A stretch of 64,000 bases of DNA from contig NC_045697.1 of NCBI RefSeq assembly GCF_009834535.1, positions 97,156,001-97,220,000 on the forward strand, in the 5' to 3' direction. The first letter of the stretch is position 1; each line of letters opens with the position of its first letter. The position numbers were made by a program, and so were the translations under genes. This document shows, one piece after another, positions 23,842 to 37,085 of the stretch. The notes under the pieces are model-generated. The model saw only the letters and a list, made by a program, of their open reading frames with translations, was not told where the DNA came from and did no database searches. The DNA is from Camelus ferus. Taxonomy: Eukaryota.

Positions 23842-24004
23842 CCTTTGTTTTTGTTTGTATGTAGTGTTTAGGTCTTTAATCCATTTTGACTTTATTTTTG
23901 TATATGGTGTTAGAGAATGTTCTAACTACATTGATTTACATGTAGCTGTCCAGTTTTCCCAGAACCACTTATTGAAGAGACAGTCTTTCCTCCATTGTAT
24001 ACTC
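23842..24004 (-). mobile_element. short internal L1 ORF2 fragment flanked by a 15-bp direct repeat
   Basis: TTTAGGTCTTTAATCCATTTTGAC...TTCCTCCATTGTATACTC; flanks TTAAAGGCATGTTCA (23827-23841) and TTAAAGCCATGTTCA (24005-24019). Confidence 0.85.
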
Positions 24005-24829
24005 TTAAAGCCATGTTCAATTCTTGATGTTCAGTTTCTTCCCTCTATAGATGTTTCTACTACTGTATGTTAGCAAAGTAATTTAGTCCATATGCTTCTT
24101 TTGCACTTATACTGTGTCATGAATTGTAATCAAACTTAACAAATGATAATTCATATTTATAAAATTATTGAAAGTTATGAGTCAGTTTTTAAAGTTTCAT
24201 TACTTTCTGTATGTCATTTTTCTTTAAGATTTATCCTTTTTGTTTTGTTTTGTTTTTATTACTGGTTGTAAATTCTACAAATAGCTATTGAAAAACCTGA
24301 CACACAAGTATGCATCCACATTTCCAGAAGTGGAAAATAGCAGTTTTTTATACAAATACTAAGTTTTCTTAAAATTGGCACTGCTCTTTAGATCTGAGTT
24401 GGATGATTCTATTTGTTGGTTTTAGTAGTCATTTTTAATCATTTTCACAAACAGAGCTCATTGTCTCCTGCCACCCTTGTGTTTTTCATTAAAATTTTAT
24501 GTTTTATAGCTGAAATTATTTCATCCATCTCTTCCATTTTTTAATCAAAGTATTTATAAATATACTTTGACTTTTTAAGTCAGATAGGTAATATATACTT
24601 ATGGGAAATGTTAAATAACATTGGCTTATTTATTAGTTGGCTTCCTCCCATTGCTATCTGCCATTTCCCCAATTTCACTACCCATAGACAGGTTTTGATA
24701 ATAATTTTTGCTTTATAAAGGTATTGAATGCATGTTAAACATATTTAACTTCCTTTTGAATACAAATGATAGAATACCACATTGTAGGAAAATGAAAACT
24801 AACAATCACACAAAGACCTGGTTAAAGCC

Positions 24830-25450
24830 GCATCTTCATTTACTCTGTGCATACATCTGAGCATCTGGAACATGGCTAGGGGGAAACATACAATCATACT
24901 CATTGGTCTCACTTTACCAAACTCAACTAAGCCTTTAATTGTACTTGGCAAACATACACTTTTTCTTTAATCCAGTCACTTTCTCAATCCCCAAGGTGAC
25001 TATTTCATATTTCCTCCCGCTTCATAAATTTCCAAAATATCCTACTTCACTCTCAGCTGATGACTTTGTTCCTACTTCACTGAGAAAACAGAAATAATGA
25101 GAAGAGAATTTTCCACCTTTAATAGCCACACCTACACCTGTCTCAGGTACTCTGCCTTCTTCCCTGTTATTCCAGATGAGCTTCTTGCATTCCTAGCAAA
25201 TATTTATTACTCATTTGTGTAGTAGATAATATCCTCTCTTGTCTACATGGGGTAGATTCTGGTAAATCTTCTCTTTTTCTGCTATGTCACTAATTGTTAC
25301 CTCCCTATTTAATTATTTTCATGATGTTATTTCTGTTATTTAAAACACAATTCTATAAACAAACCTCTCTTGATCCAGTTTCCTCTTTAACTGTTGTGTC
25401 TTTTGTCCCTTCATTTATAACAAAGTTATTTGTCATCAAGTTTACCCTCC
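24830..25450 (+). mobile_element. L2 LINE internal fragment
   Basis: CACTCTCAGCTGATGACTTTGTTCCTACTTCACTGAGAAAACAGAA is a characteristic L2 segment. Confidence 0.75.
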
Positions 25451-26710
25451 TCTACTGTCTTGAATCTAATTATATATGGTAAATATAATTATATTTATTA
25501 TTATATATTATAAACTAATATAACTTATAATTATAATCAGTGGACATTGGAAAAATAAGACATTTCTAATAAGTTGATTTACATATTATTCATATTATTT
25601 AGATATTTTATATTCTTAATTATTATTTTGGGTTTGCTTGATATTTCTTCAGTAAAGAAAGAGGTAAAATAATGCCTGTTACTATTCTTGTTACTATTCC
25701 TATGTAACTTCTTTTAAAATGTTGGCTGTTTTTATTTTCCCTGATTATAAAATCTATAAAGTCATATTATAGAGAACTGGGAAATAGAGAAAACTAAAAT
25801 TATGACAATATTATCTATGATTCTAGAAACATATTAGTGTTAAACAGATACTTTCTCTCACATACATTCATGTGTGCATGCACACACACAAATACAAATT
25901 TGAAATCATAGTGAAAATTCAACCTTGTTTCAACCTCTTATTCAGTTACGTGCTAGCAATCACCTCTATAATTTCTTTAATCACAGTGTTAATACATGAA
26001 TAGCATTCTTCTATATGAGAATAATGTTGCTGATAATTTAGGTTTTCTACTTGTAAATTGAATAAGCATGACTCATGGAATATATATATTTTGGTTAGTT
26101 TCCTGTCTCTGAATAAATTTTGAGCAAGATTTTGGTTCTTCTTAGAACTATCAGTAATAAAAATACCCACAGTAATGTATTCTTGTAAAATACTATACTC
26201 CTTTGATCACTGTTACAAACAAAACTCTGAAATTGTTTAAATGTTAACTGAGTGGCTTCTCAGGAAATAGTGGAAACATTTTTTTCTTCTATCTTTTCCA
26301 ACTTAAGCTTCTACATCTCATTTTTCATTCATTGTGGTTTCTGACCAGTTCATGGGGCACCTTCCTGCTGTTTCATATGCTTAGGTGAATGCACTCTTTT
26401 CTGGAAGTCACTTAGTCCCGCCTCAGACACTAGGAATCCTGCATTTCAGTTCCACTTTCACCTTTGCTGTAGGCTATTTGCTCCTCTTGATGGTTTATAG
26501 GACAAAATTAGAAAGATGATAACCTCCCCCCAAATTTTTTTCCTTCTGGCTCATGCATAACTTTGAGGTTCTTTATATGGACAAACTCTGAGAGTGGACA
26601 CTGATCCCACAGCATTAGTGACTGTTCCAGAGTATCTGGCCAGAGTGTTGTCTTTTGCACAAAAGTGCAAGAAGTGCACAAAAACACAAATCACACTGTC
26701 GCCTCCAAAT

Positions 26711-27378
26711 ATTTTTTCTCTTTTTTTTTTAATTGAAGTGTGGTTGATTTATGTTTTGTTAATTTCTGATGTACAGCATAGTGATTCAGTTATACATATA
26801 CTCTTTTTCATATTCTTTTTCATTATAGATTATTACAAGCTATTAAAATAGTTCCCTATGCTATTCAGAAGACCTGGCTGTTTAATCTATTTTGTATATA
26901 GTAGTTTGTATCTGCTAATCCCAAACTCCTAATTTATCCCCCCGCTGCCCTGCCTTTCCCCTTTGATGACCGTAAGTTTGTCTTCTATGTCTGTGAGTCT
27001 GTTTCTGTTCTGTAAATAAGCTCATTTCTGTCATTATTTTTAGGTTCCACATATAAGTGATATCATATGATATTTGTCTTCCTCTGTGTGACTTACTTCA
27101 CTTACTATGACGATCTCCAGGTCCATCAATGTTACTGTAAATGTCATTATTATACTCCATTTTCTCCACACCCTCTCCAGCATTTATTCTTTGTGGACTT
27201 TTTAATGATGGTCATTCTGACCAGTGTGTGGTGATGCCTCATTGTAGTTTTGATTTGGCATTTCTCTGTTAATTAGTGATATTGAGCATTTTCTCATGTG
27301 CCTATTGGCCATTTGTATGTCTTTACCGGAGAAATGTCTGTTTAGGTCTTCCACCCATTTTTTTGATTAGTTGCTTGT

Positions 27379-27416
<38 letters not shown>

Positions 27417-28838
27417 ATTACTAAGTTGTATGAGTTTTTTGTATATTCTGGAAATTAAGCCCTTGTCAGGCTTATCATTTGCAAATATTTTCTCCCAGTC
27501 CATAGGTTGTGTTTTCATTTTGTTTATGATTTACTTTGCTGTGCAAAAGCTCGTAAGTTTAATTACATCCCATTTGTTTATTTTTGCTTTTATTTCTGTT
27601 GGCTGGGTAGACTGCCCTAGGAGAACATTGCTAAGATTTATGTCAGAGGACATTTTGCCTATGTTCTCTTCTAGGAGGCTTATGGTATCCTGTCTCATGT
27701 AAGTATTTAAGGGGTTTTGAGTTTATTTTTGTGTATGGTGTGAGAAAGTGTTCTAACTTCACTGATTTACTTGCAACTGTCCAGCTTTCCCAACACCATA
27801 TACCAAAGAGACTATATATTTTTGCCTCCTTTGTTGAAGATCAATTGACCATAGGTGTGTGGGTTTATTCCTGGGCTCTCTATTCTGTACCATTGATCTG
27901 TATGTCTCTTTTTGTGCCAGTACCAAGCTGTTTTAATTACTGTGGCTTTGCAATATTGTCTGAAGTCTGGTAGGTTTATGCCTGCAGCTTGGTTCTTTTT
28001 CTTCAGTATTTCTTTGACAATTCTGGGTCTTCTGTGATTCCATAGAAATTTTAGGATTATTTGCTCTAGTTCTGTGAAAAATGTCATGGGTAATTTGATA
28101 GAGACTGTATTAAATCTGTAGATTGCTTTGGGTAGCATGGCTGTTTTAACAATATTAATTCTTCTAATCCAAGAGCATGGGACATCTTTTCATTTCTTTA
28201 AATCATCTTTGATTTCCTAATGTTTTATAGTTCTCAGTGTATAAGTCTTTCACCTCCTTGGTCAGGTTTATTCCTAAGTCATCAAAACAAAGGACGGAAA
28301 TCACATGATCATCTCAATAGATACAGAAAAATCATTTGATAAAATTCAACATCCATTTATGATAAGATCTCTTACCAAAGTGGATATAGAGGGAATATAT
28401 CTCAACATAATAAAAGCTATTTATGACAAACCCACAGCCAACATAATAATCAATGGTGAAAGTTGAAAGCCTTCCCGCTAAAATCTGGAACTAGACAAGG
28501 ATGTCCATTCTCACCAGTTCTATTCAACATTGTATTGGAAGTTGTAGCCATAGCAATCAGACAAAAATAAATAAATAAATAAAATGGATCTAAATTGCAA
28601 GGGAAAAAGTAAAATTGTCACTATATGTATATGGCATGATACTATGTATAGAAAATCCTAATGACTCCACACAAAAACTACTAGAGCTGATAAACAGATT
28701 CAGCAAGGTAGCAGGTTACAAGGTTAACATACAGAGATCTGTTGCATTTCTTTACACTAATAATGAAATACCAGAAAAAGAAAGTAAAAAACAATCCCTT
28801 CTAAAGTTGCATCAAAAAAAGATAAAATACTTAGAAGT
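26711..28838 (-). mobile_element. 5'-truncated L1 with 5' inversion (minus 26711-28278; inverted plus segment 28279-28838)
   Basis: Poly(T) and antisense 3' UTR; ORF2 peptide LPKAIYRFN...[14 protein letters not shown] on minus; RT-region peptide (GMILCIENPNDSTQKLLELINRFSKVAGYKVN) on plus; internal (GTT)n at about 27378-27417. Confidence 0.92.
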
Positions 28839-31800
28839 CTAATTTTGAGGAAGCACTGCTCTTTTGACTTAAGATTAGAGAAAGTCACAACCCACCCCCT
28901 CTAGTCGGTGGGCTGGAATTTCAGAATACCCGTGTGTCTCTCTCAAAAAAACAAAAACCCAAAAACATTCTTCTCATGAATTGAATCTTATCTCATCTAT
29001 GTTTCCAATCTTTCTGATTATTATGGTAACAGAGATTGTGGGCATAGTGGTGAGTAGAAAAAAAAAAAATGATAAGACATGAAAGGAATTTTAGCCAGGT
29101 AGGTAATATTTAATTATTTAGTGAAAACACAGACATTAAATGTGATAAAATGTTAGAGTAGTTATTACTAGAGGATGGAATATATGTGTTCATAATTTAG
29201 TCTTTGTTCCTGAGTGCATTTAAAAATTTTCTCAGTAGGATAGACATAAAAGGTTGTTAGTTCAGGTCAGCATTTCTCTTGCCAACTTACGTTATTTAAA
29301 ATGATTTAATAAAAACTGTTTACCCCAACCCTAAGCTCACTATCTTAGTAACATAAAATAGAGTATATAACAGTATCTTGTTATTAAAAATTTATATATA
29401 TTTTTAATTTTTTTTCTTTTTTACTTGTCTTCTCAAAGCTTCAACTGAAAGAAGAGAAAACAACGTGATCCCTACACCATTTACTCCTACAATATTCTAA
29501 GGCACTGAAGATGCCATGTAACTTTTTGATAGTGTCATTTTTATCAATTTAATTCATAAGACTGAAATTAAGTCAACACCTTTCTAAAATACTTGCAAGT
29601 TTTTCACCATGCCTTGGGATAAATTGTCCTATTTGTTGTTATGTTATGCCACGACTATCTAGTATTTCTTTTACTTAATCAAAATTATAATTGAGCACCT
29701 ACACTGTAACTAATGCTATCTTATGTACAAGAATATAGCAGTAAAGACAATATAAATTAAATTAATTACAGTTAGAAATCATAGTCTAACAGGTGATAAT
29801 GACGTGCTCCTTGGAGTGGATAGTCAGATCCAGAGATTTTGACATTAACGTTAGGACTTAGCTGCAAGAATTGTATTTCAAGGCACTATTTCAATTCCTG
29901 AGAGAAATGACACTTGACAGAACCATATTTCTGGATAAAATAATGCACTTAAATAGGAAGATAAGAATCCAGATATCAGGAACATTCAGAGGCTATGTTA
30001 TAGATATAATGTGTGAGTGTGCATGTGTGTGTTTGTGTGCATGTGTGTGGTGGGTAGGAGATTGGTTCCAAGGGCTGGAATGCAAGGACCCATAAAGCAG
30101 AACCAACACATTTATTGATTCAGTTCTGGGAAGATGACCCATTGTCCTGTTTCAATGATGCAAAATTATTTCTTAATCTGGCTCTGTCAAGCACACACAA
30201 GATAAAGCTAGTCCAAGTCCTGACTGATTTTATTAGCAGTGGTACAGTGAGTCATTTTTAGATTCAGAGACTGTATTACTCACAATAGAGAAAAAAAAAA
30301 TTAGCAAGATATACCAGTTTCCCATGGTCTTTGTCTCAACATCAAAAACAATGACACTGAAATAAAAAGGGCCAAATGAATAGTGCGATACTGTGTTTCT
30401 GAGGGACTAATTTTGACTGAAGCTAAGTAGTTTTATGTATTGAAGCTTTATTCTAGTGCAGAGTTCCAGAAACCTCCTATCTCATCAGAACCCAGGAGGT
30501 GATGAGAAACTGTCTCAAGATAACCTCTCAGGGGAAATGGAGGGGAATGAGTGGGAGATTGCTCTGTAGAAGCGCTTTCTTTACATGCCTTCTATCCTCT
30601 TGTGTTCTGGGAGTGTCACCAGGCATCTGCCAAGACTCAGATTAGCTGTGGATATGTGCAAGTTTGCCAAGGTGCCATGGGGCATGACCAAAAATTTTGA
30701 AAGTCATTGAAAATGCTTAATGTGTTACATTTTCATTTTTGTCCTTATAGATATTTCTAACATGCTATATAAGAGAAATTAGTTCAACTGTCACTTACTA
30801 TGTGTGCTGCATCAGTTTTAAACTTCTTTCAAGCAATCTAAAAGATACTATATAAAATAACACTATTCCTTGCACTCCACTTTATTAAATTTCATAGGTA
30901 ATAGACTACCCTTACCCTCTGTTCAGAAAGATCTGTGTTACCCAATGTAACTGAATATCGAGCTCCACTTTGGGGATCATCTTTTCAGTTATCCCAACTG
31001 AGTAACAGATATCTCTTGCCCCCCATATTATTTGTGTTGCCATTACCATGCCTCAAACACAAATCCTAAAAATGACTAGTGAAATCCCCAAGTAGTTTTT
31101 CTCTGTATAATGTTTAGCTAGTCTGATTAGCTGATGTTTTACTTTTCCCTCTTTTTAAAGAATAAATAGCTTTGCAGTATTTAAAATGTAATCTGAAACC
31201 AGTTTATTCATCACAAATTTTTAGTGTTTGGTGGTCTAGTATTTATTGCTACACTTTTTAAAAGGCTTTAAACCTAAATAAAATTGAATCATGCAATTAT
31301 GCACAATGCATATTGTAAGGAGAGTTAATGGACTCTATAATTTTGGTGCTAACAGGCTGTTTTCTCCTCATAAATTCTATTCTTAGATTCCATCCACACT
31401 ACCAACCAAAATAAAAACAGAAAGTTAGAGGAAAGAAATAGAGCAATATAAACATTTTTTTAGTTTTTTAAAAATCAGACTATTGTCTACTGACCAATGG
31501 AAAACAATCATATAATTCAGGTATATTTGAAAAAACTTCTCATTTCCTGCAAACAAAGAGAGAAAGAGGAGGAGATAGAGGGGGAGGAGGAGAAAACATA
31601 ACTGGCACACTAGGAATGATCACTCAGATTTAATGATGTTAAATTTTGCCATATTTGATTCTAATATTTGTTAAAGAACTTAAATATTGTAAGGGAAGTT
31701 GAAGTCTCTTGAGTATCTTTACAATCCCATTACTTACCTTTGCTCCACTAAAGTAAACATTATTTCAGTTTTGTGATACTCCTTCCCTTGCTTGAATAAG

Positions 31801-33719
31801 TTTACCATGCAAGTATCCATAAATTTTCTTGTGTGTATTACTAATATTTATATCATTGTAATCTTACAAATACTTTCATTGCAATAAGTGTTGATAAGCT
31901 TCCCTTTACTTTTCTTTATCAGTGTTTTTTCTAATCTTACTTTTTTCATTTTTGTGTACATTTTAGGAAAAGTTGGATCAAATTCTGTGAAATACAATGG
32001 GTGAATAGATTTGCTTGGTCAGAACTGGCATGTTTACTATTCTGAGTTGTGCCACTCACAAACACAATATATATCTTCACTTGTTTAGCATTTTTTTTGT
32101 TTTGTCAATAGCTTTATAAGCTTTTTCCATAAATATATTACATTTCCTTTGTCAGAGTTATTCCCTTATAACGTAGTATTTCTTACCATGGTTATTGATT
32201 TTTAAATTATATTTCTTCTCTTTTAATTTTGCTTTATTTTCTCAAAATTATGCCTATAACAAACTCAAGTATTTAACTATTATCCCCCAAATCCTTCTAA
32301 AAACCAAGTAAGTTCAAAAAGACAAAAAGAAGGAAAAGATATACTACACATTACATCTTTTAAAAATGAGGCAACAAGAATACCCAAGAATTTCAAAAGA
32401 AGAATGAAGTTGACCAAGTGACCAAAGCAGTAACAATAGAACAGCAGCTGGTTGTGGGAGTGGCAGAGTGAAAATACAATACAAAAATACCTATAAACCA
32501 TGTAAATAACTACCCCCTCCCAAAAAAGCCAAAAAATTCTCACCATTCAAAGCAATGTATTCCACCCTGAGTGGAAACCTGAATAGATGCAATGAGAATG
32601 ACTGGTGAAACTGAGAAAATTCCTCACGGAGGCTGAGTAATTGCAGTGCAAAAGCCTGTGGACAGATACGGAAGATTAAATATTGCTATTTCAGAAACAT
32701 ATCCCCTTAAGAATTTCCAATATATTAAGCTAATACTCTCTTGCAAAGGAAGATGGCTCACACAAAAACCAAATACTAATTACAGAATTGAAACTGAATA
32801 GGACAAAAACACTGGACCTTCAGTTCAAATAATCTGGAATAGTATCCCAGGGAGCAAATGCTTGAGAAAGCCGTGAAATTTGAAAATGTGCCCCAGATAT
32901 TTTCCCCGAAAAACCCTCATCATTTAAACATAAGATACTACAAAAATAAATCAATAATATAAAATCTAACCCCATGCAAGTGTATTCCAATAAAAAAGAT
33001 AATGATAAACCAGATGTTTCAATAAATAATGGGAAAACACCAGAAATAAACAGCAACAAAGATTAAAAACAGTAATTTAATATATACAAGTGGGGAAAAA
33101 ATTTTATGCAATAATTGAAAGTTCAGGTAAAATTAGATATGTAAAAGCTCAGAAATATATCTCTAGGAAACCTAAATGTATAAAACCAGACCTCTCAGAT
33201 ATTAGGAAAGAGATATGGGGTAAGGACTCATGGAATAAAACAAAGCAGGAGAGATACAGTAGGGAAAAAACAGAAAAGAGGAATATACAACAATATTAGA
33301 GAAATAAGAAAAACAGAGAAAAGAGGAGAGAAGCATTTTAAAAATCAAATATAAATGAAAAGTGTATTTTAAAATGATAGGTAATAAAACATAAGTTCTA
33401 GCCAAAATACAGTAACAGGTAACAGACTTATAGTCCCATCTGTAACAACAAAGAACACAGATCAAAACAAGAAACAATGGGGTTTTTTGCATATTTTAAA
33501 TTGTGTTTTCCAAATTTCTTTGCAGAAACATTAGGTTAAATTCATTTTTATCAGTAGTATGTGAGAAAGTCTCTAATCATTTTAAAAGTCTTATCTGATG
33601 GAAAAAACATTGTTTTAATTTGCACTTCTTGATTAACAAAGTTGAAAATCATTTATTTTTTATCACTTATTTTCCTCCTTTTGTCTCTTTTACTTATACT
33701 ATCAGTTTCCTGACAGTAT

Positions 33720-34015
33720 TTTTTAATTAAGATTTTATTTTTAGAGCAGTTTTAGTTCATACAAAGTTGGGAGGTAGGTACAGAGATTTCCTGTATATCT
33801 CCTGCCCCCACATATGAAGAGTCTCCCTCTGTTATCAACATCCCCCACCAGAGTGGTACATTTGTTACAACTGATGAACCTACATTGACACATCATAATC
33901 ACCTTAAGTCTGTAGTTCACATAATGGTTCACTCTTGGTGGTGTACATTCTGTGCATTTGGACAACTGTATCCATCATCATGCTATCATACAGAGTATTC
34001 TCACTGCTCTAAAAA
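33720..34015 (-). mobile_element. L1MC/MD-type 3' end
   Basis: TTTTTAGAGCAGTTTTAG...CCCCACCAGAGTGGTACATTTGTTACAACTGATGAACCTACATTGACAC. Confidence 0.85.
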
Positions 34016-34019
34016 AAAT

Positions 34020-34606
34020 AGTTTTCAAGACAATAAACCTCAGACAACAAAAACAGTGATATCTGAAAGAAGGGAAGCAAACCAGCAAGAGCCTTATTTG
34101 CCCCAACTTCCTGCCTTGGGAAAGGTTCCAAGTCTGGTGCATAGCCCTGAAGACCCCCTGAACTAAGGAAGCTGAGTCACCTAGGGAGAACTAAGCAGCT
34201 ATACTTGACAAGAGAAAGCACTGGAGAGGAGAAAAGTGCACAGGGAGAGAATTCTGGATATCTACAGAGAGTCTCCCTGAGTATTCAACAAAGTACTGAA
34301 CAGCACATGCATATGAGCGAGACACCCAAGTATCTGGGGGAAGAATATTCAAGAAGATTAGAAGACAGTGACTGGTACTCACATAGGGCAGGGAATAGTA
34401 CCTGTCGCCATCAGCCAGACTGGAATATCTCAAGATTTATAAAGCACTGAATGGAATATTCAGGACAGTCTTACCTCAGTAATCGGGATTAATTAGCCAA
34501 GTACTCAGCACTGCTCAGGAACTACCTAAAAAAATCATAAAAGCAAGACCAAAATGAATCCAACTGTTCTTGTTTTCAGGTAACTAAACTACCTCCTAGA
34601 ATAAAG

Positions 34607-34686
<80 letters not shown>

Positions 34687-35290
34687 AAATAGATATATAT
34701 CTCTCTCAAATATATATATATATAGAATATTCTCAAATAGAATAGCAGCATTTGAATATAAAAATCAAAATGTATGCCATCCAATCGTAGAACTAGGCAT
34801 GATAGGAAAAAGGAAAATATAACCTCTAATGAGGGGAAAAAATAATTATCAAAACTGACAGACAACTGACAAATGTTAGAATTTGTGAAAAAGGACTTTA
34901 AAGCCTTTATTGTAACTGTATTTCATATGGTCAAAAACTCAAAATTCTAGAGACAAAAACTAAAATATCTGAGATGAAAATATACACTGAATGAGATTAA
35001 TGTAAGAGTATATAGTGCACTTGAAAAGATACGTGGATTTGAAGCCAAAACAATAGAAACTGCAAAATGAAACACAAAGATTATCTAAAAAAAAAAAGTT
35101 AGCATTATCCTTAATATCAAAGATTATATGCTTTCATCCTAAAATTGGGGCCAAGGCAAGTATATCTGCTTTCACTCCTTCTATTCAACATTGAATTCAT
35201 AGTTCTAACCAGTACAGTAAAGAAAGAAAAAGTAAATATCAGATTGGAAAGGAACATGTAACATTTTTCTTATCCACAGACTTGACCACG
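34020..35290 (+). mobile_element. old L1M 5' region, ORF1 start and short ORF2 piece
   Basis: GC-richer 5'-UTR-like block followed by A-rich ORF1-like sequence (CTGAGATGAAAAATATACACTGAATGAGATTAA) and CTTCTATTCAACATTG...CAGATTGGAAAGGAA. Confidence 0.7.
34611..34682. repeat. perfect (TA)36 microsatellite
   Basis: 72 bp of uninterrupted TA, followed by TCTCAAATA sub-repeats up to about 34740. Confidence 0.97.
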
Positions 35291-36072
35291 GGTTTAATTT
35301 GAATATTTATCTTGTATCCATCATCTTAGTGAAGTCTAATTTTAAGGATTTGGTTTTTCGATATAGACTTTCATAAAGGATAGGCTTTATGAGAATGTAT
35401 TTCTTCCTTTTTAAAGCTAAAGTCCTTTATTTTCTCTTCTTTTCTTTCTACACTGGCTAGAACCCTCATAGGTTTAAAGAAAAAAGGTCTTATTTTGTTC
35501 CTGTTTTCAAAGGAGATAGGTCTTAGTCATCATGTTGTAAGTACAATTCTTTTAAATAGAATTTGTTATTTTATAAAATCTAATGTTCTCTGTATTTAGA
35601 GAGGTAGATTTATATTTGGGCTATTTTAATCATTTTATTTTGTGTTTTGTGTATCAACTAATCTTATTAATTTTCCTACTTTTATTTCATTTTTCACTTC
35701 CCTACAATTTATAGAACTGTTTATATTACCTTTCCCCTTGACAATTTCAGATGTTATATACCCCGTATTTTGTGTACTTATACCTAACTTTTTTTTACCT
35801 CTTTATAGAAGTTGATTACTCTTAATTTTTGAACTCCACGAGTTTTCACAAAATGATCATTCCATTCTTAACCATTCTCCAGATTAAGAAGGAGATCACA
35901 AACATCCCAGAAAACTTCTGGTGTTCCCTGTCAGTCACTGTTACCTGCTGCTTAAACTTTCTCTGAGGCATGTTAGGTAATTTCCTTAGATCCATCTCCT
36001 AGTTCACCAGTTCTCTATTTAGCTCTGTCTAATCTTCTCTAGTCTTTCAAGTGATTTTTCAGTTCAATTATT

Positions 36073-36518
36073 TTATTTTTATTTTTTTTACTTTTTCATT
36101 GAAGTATAGTCAGTTTACAATGTTGTGTTAATTTCTGTATATAATTTCATTATAGGCCATTACAAGGTATTGAATATAGTTCCCTATGCTATATAATAGG
36201 ACCTTGTTGTTTATCTATTTTATACATAGTAGTTAGCATCTACAAATCTTGAACTTCGAACTTATCTCCCATACTCCCTTTCCCCCTGGTAACCATGTGT
36301 TTTGTATCTCTTGAGTCTGTTTCTGTTTTCTAAATAAGTTCTTTTTTGTCCTTTTTAAAATATTACACATATAAGTGATATTATATAGTAATTTTGTTCT
36401 CTTTCTGACTTATTTCACTTAGTATGGAAGTCTCCAGGTTGCTCCATGTCTAATGCTGCAAATGGAATTATTTTATTCTTTTTTATGGCTGAGTAATATG
36501 CCATTGCATATATATATA

Positions 36519-36552
<34 letters not shown>

Positions 36553-37085
36553 ATAGCTTCTTTATCCAGTCCTCTGTTGATGAACATTTAGGTTGTTTCC
36601 ATGTCTTGGCTATTGTAAATAATACTGCTATGAACATAGCAGTGCATGTATCTTTTCAAATTAGAGTTTTCTGTGGATATATGCCTAGGAGTAGGGTTGC
36701 TAGATCATAGAGTAAGTCTATTTTCAGTTTTTTAAGTAATCTCCATACTTTTTTCCATAACGGCCTCACCAAACTACATTACCACCAACAGCATAGGGGA
36801 TTCCCTTTTCTCCACACCCTTTCCAACATTTATCATTTGTGGACTTTTTAATAATGGTGGCCATTCTGACTGGTATGAGGTGATACCTGCTTGTAGTTTT
36901 GATTTGCGTTTCTCTGATAATTGGCAATGTTGAGCATTTTTTTTTAACGTGCCTATTGGCCATTTTTATGTCTTCATTGGAGAAATGTTTATGTCTTCTA
37001 CCCATTTTTGAATTGGGTTGGTTGTTTTTTGTTATTGAATTGTATAAGCTGTTTGTATATTCTGGAAATTAAGCCCTTGTCAGTC
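36073..37085 (-). mobile_element. 5'-truncated L1 with 13-bp TSD
   Basis: T-rich tail, antisense 3' UTR and ORF2 C-terminus ([14 protein letters not shown]); TSD CAGTTCAATTATT at 36060-36072 and 37104-37116. Confidence 0.93.

Noticed and set aside
30185..30690. GC-richer LTR-like block (a similar one lies at about 56290-56930)
   Set aside because: Probably ancient LTR relics, but no termini, TSD or family could be supported.
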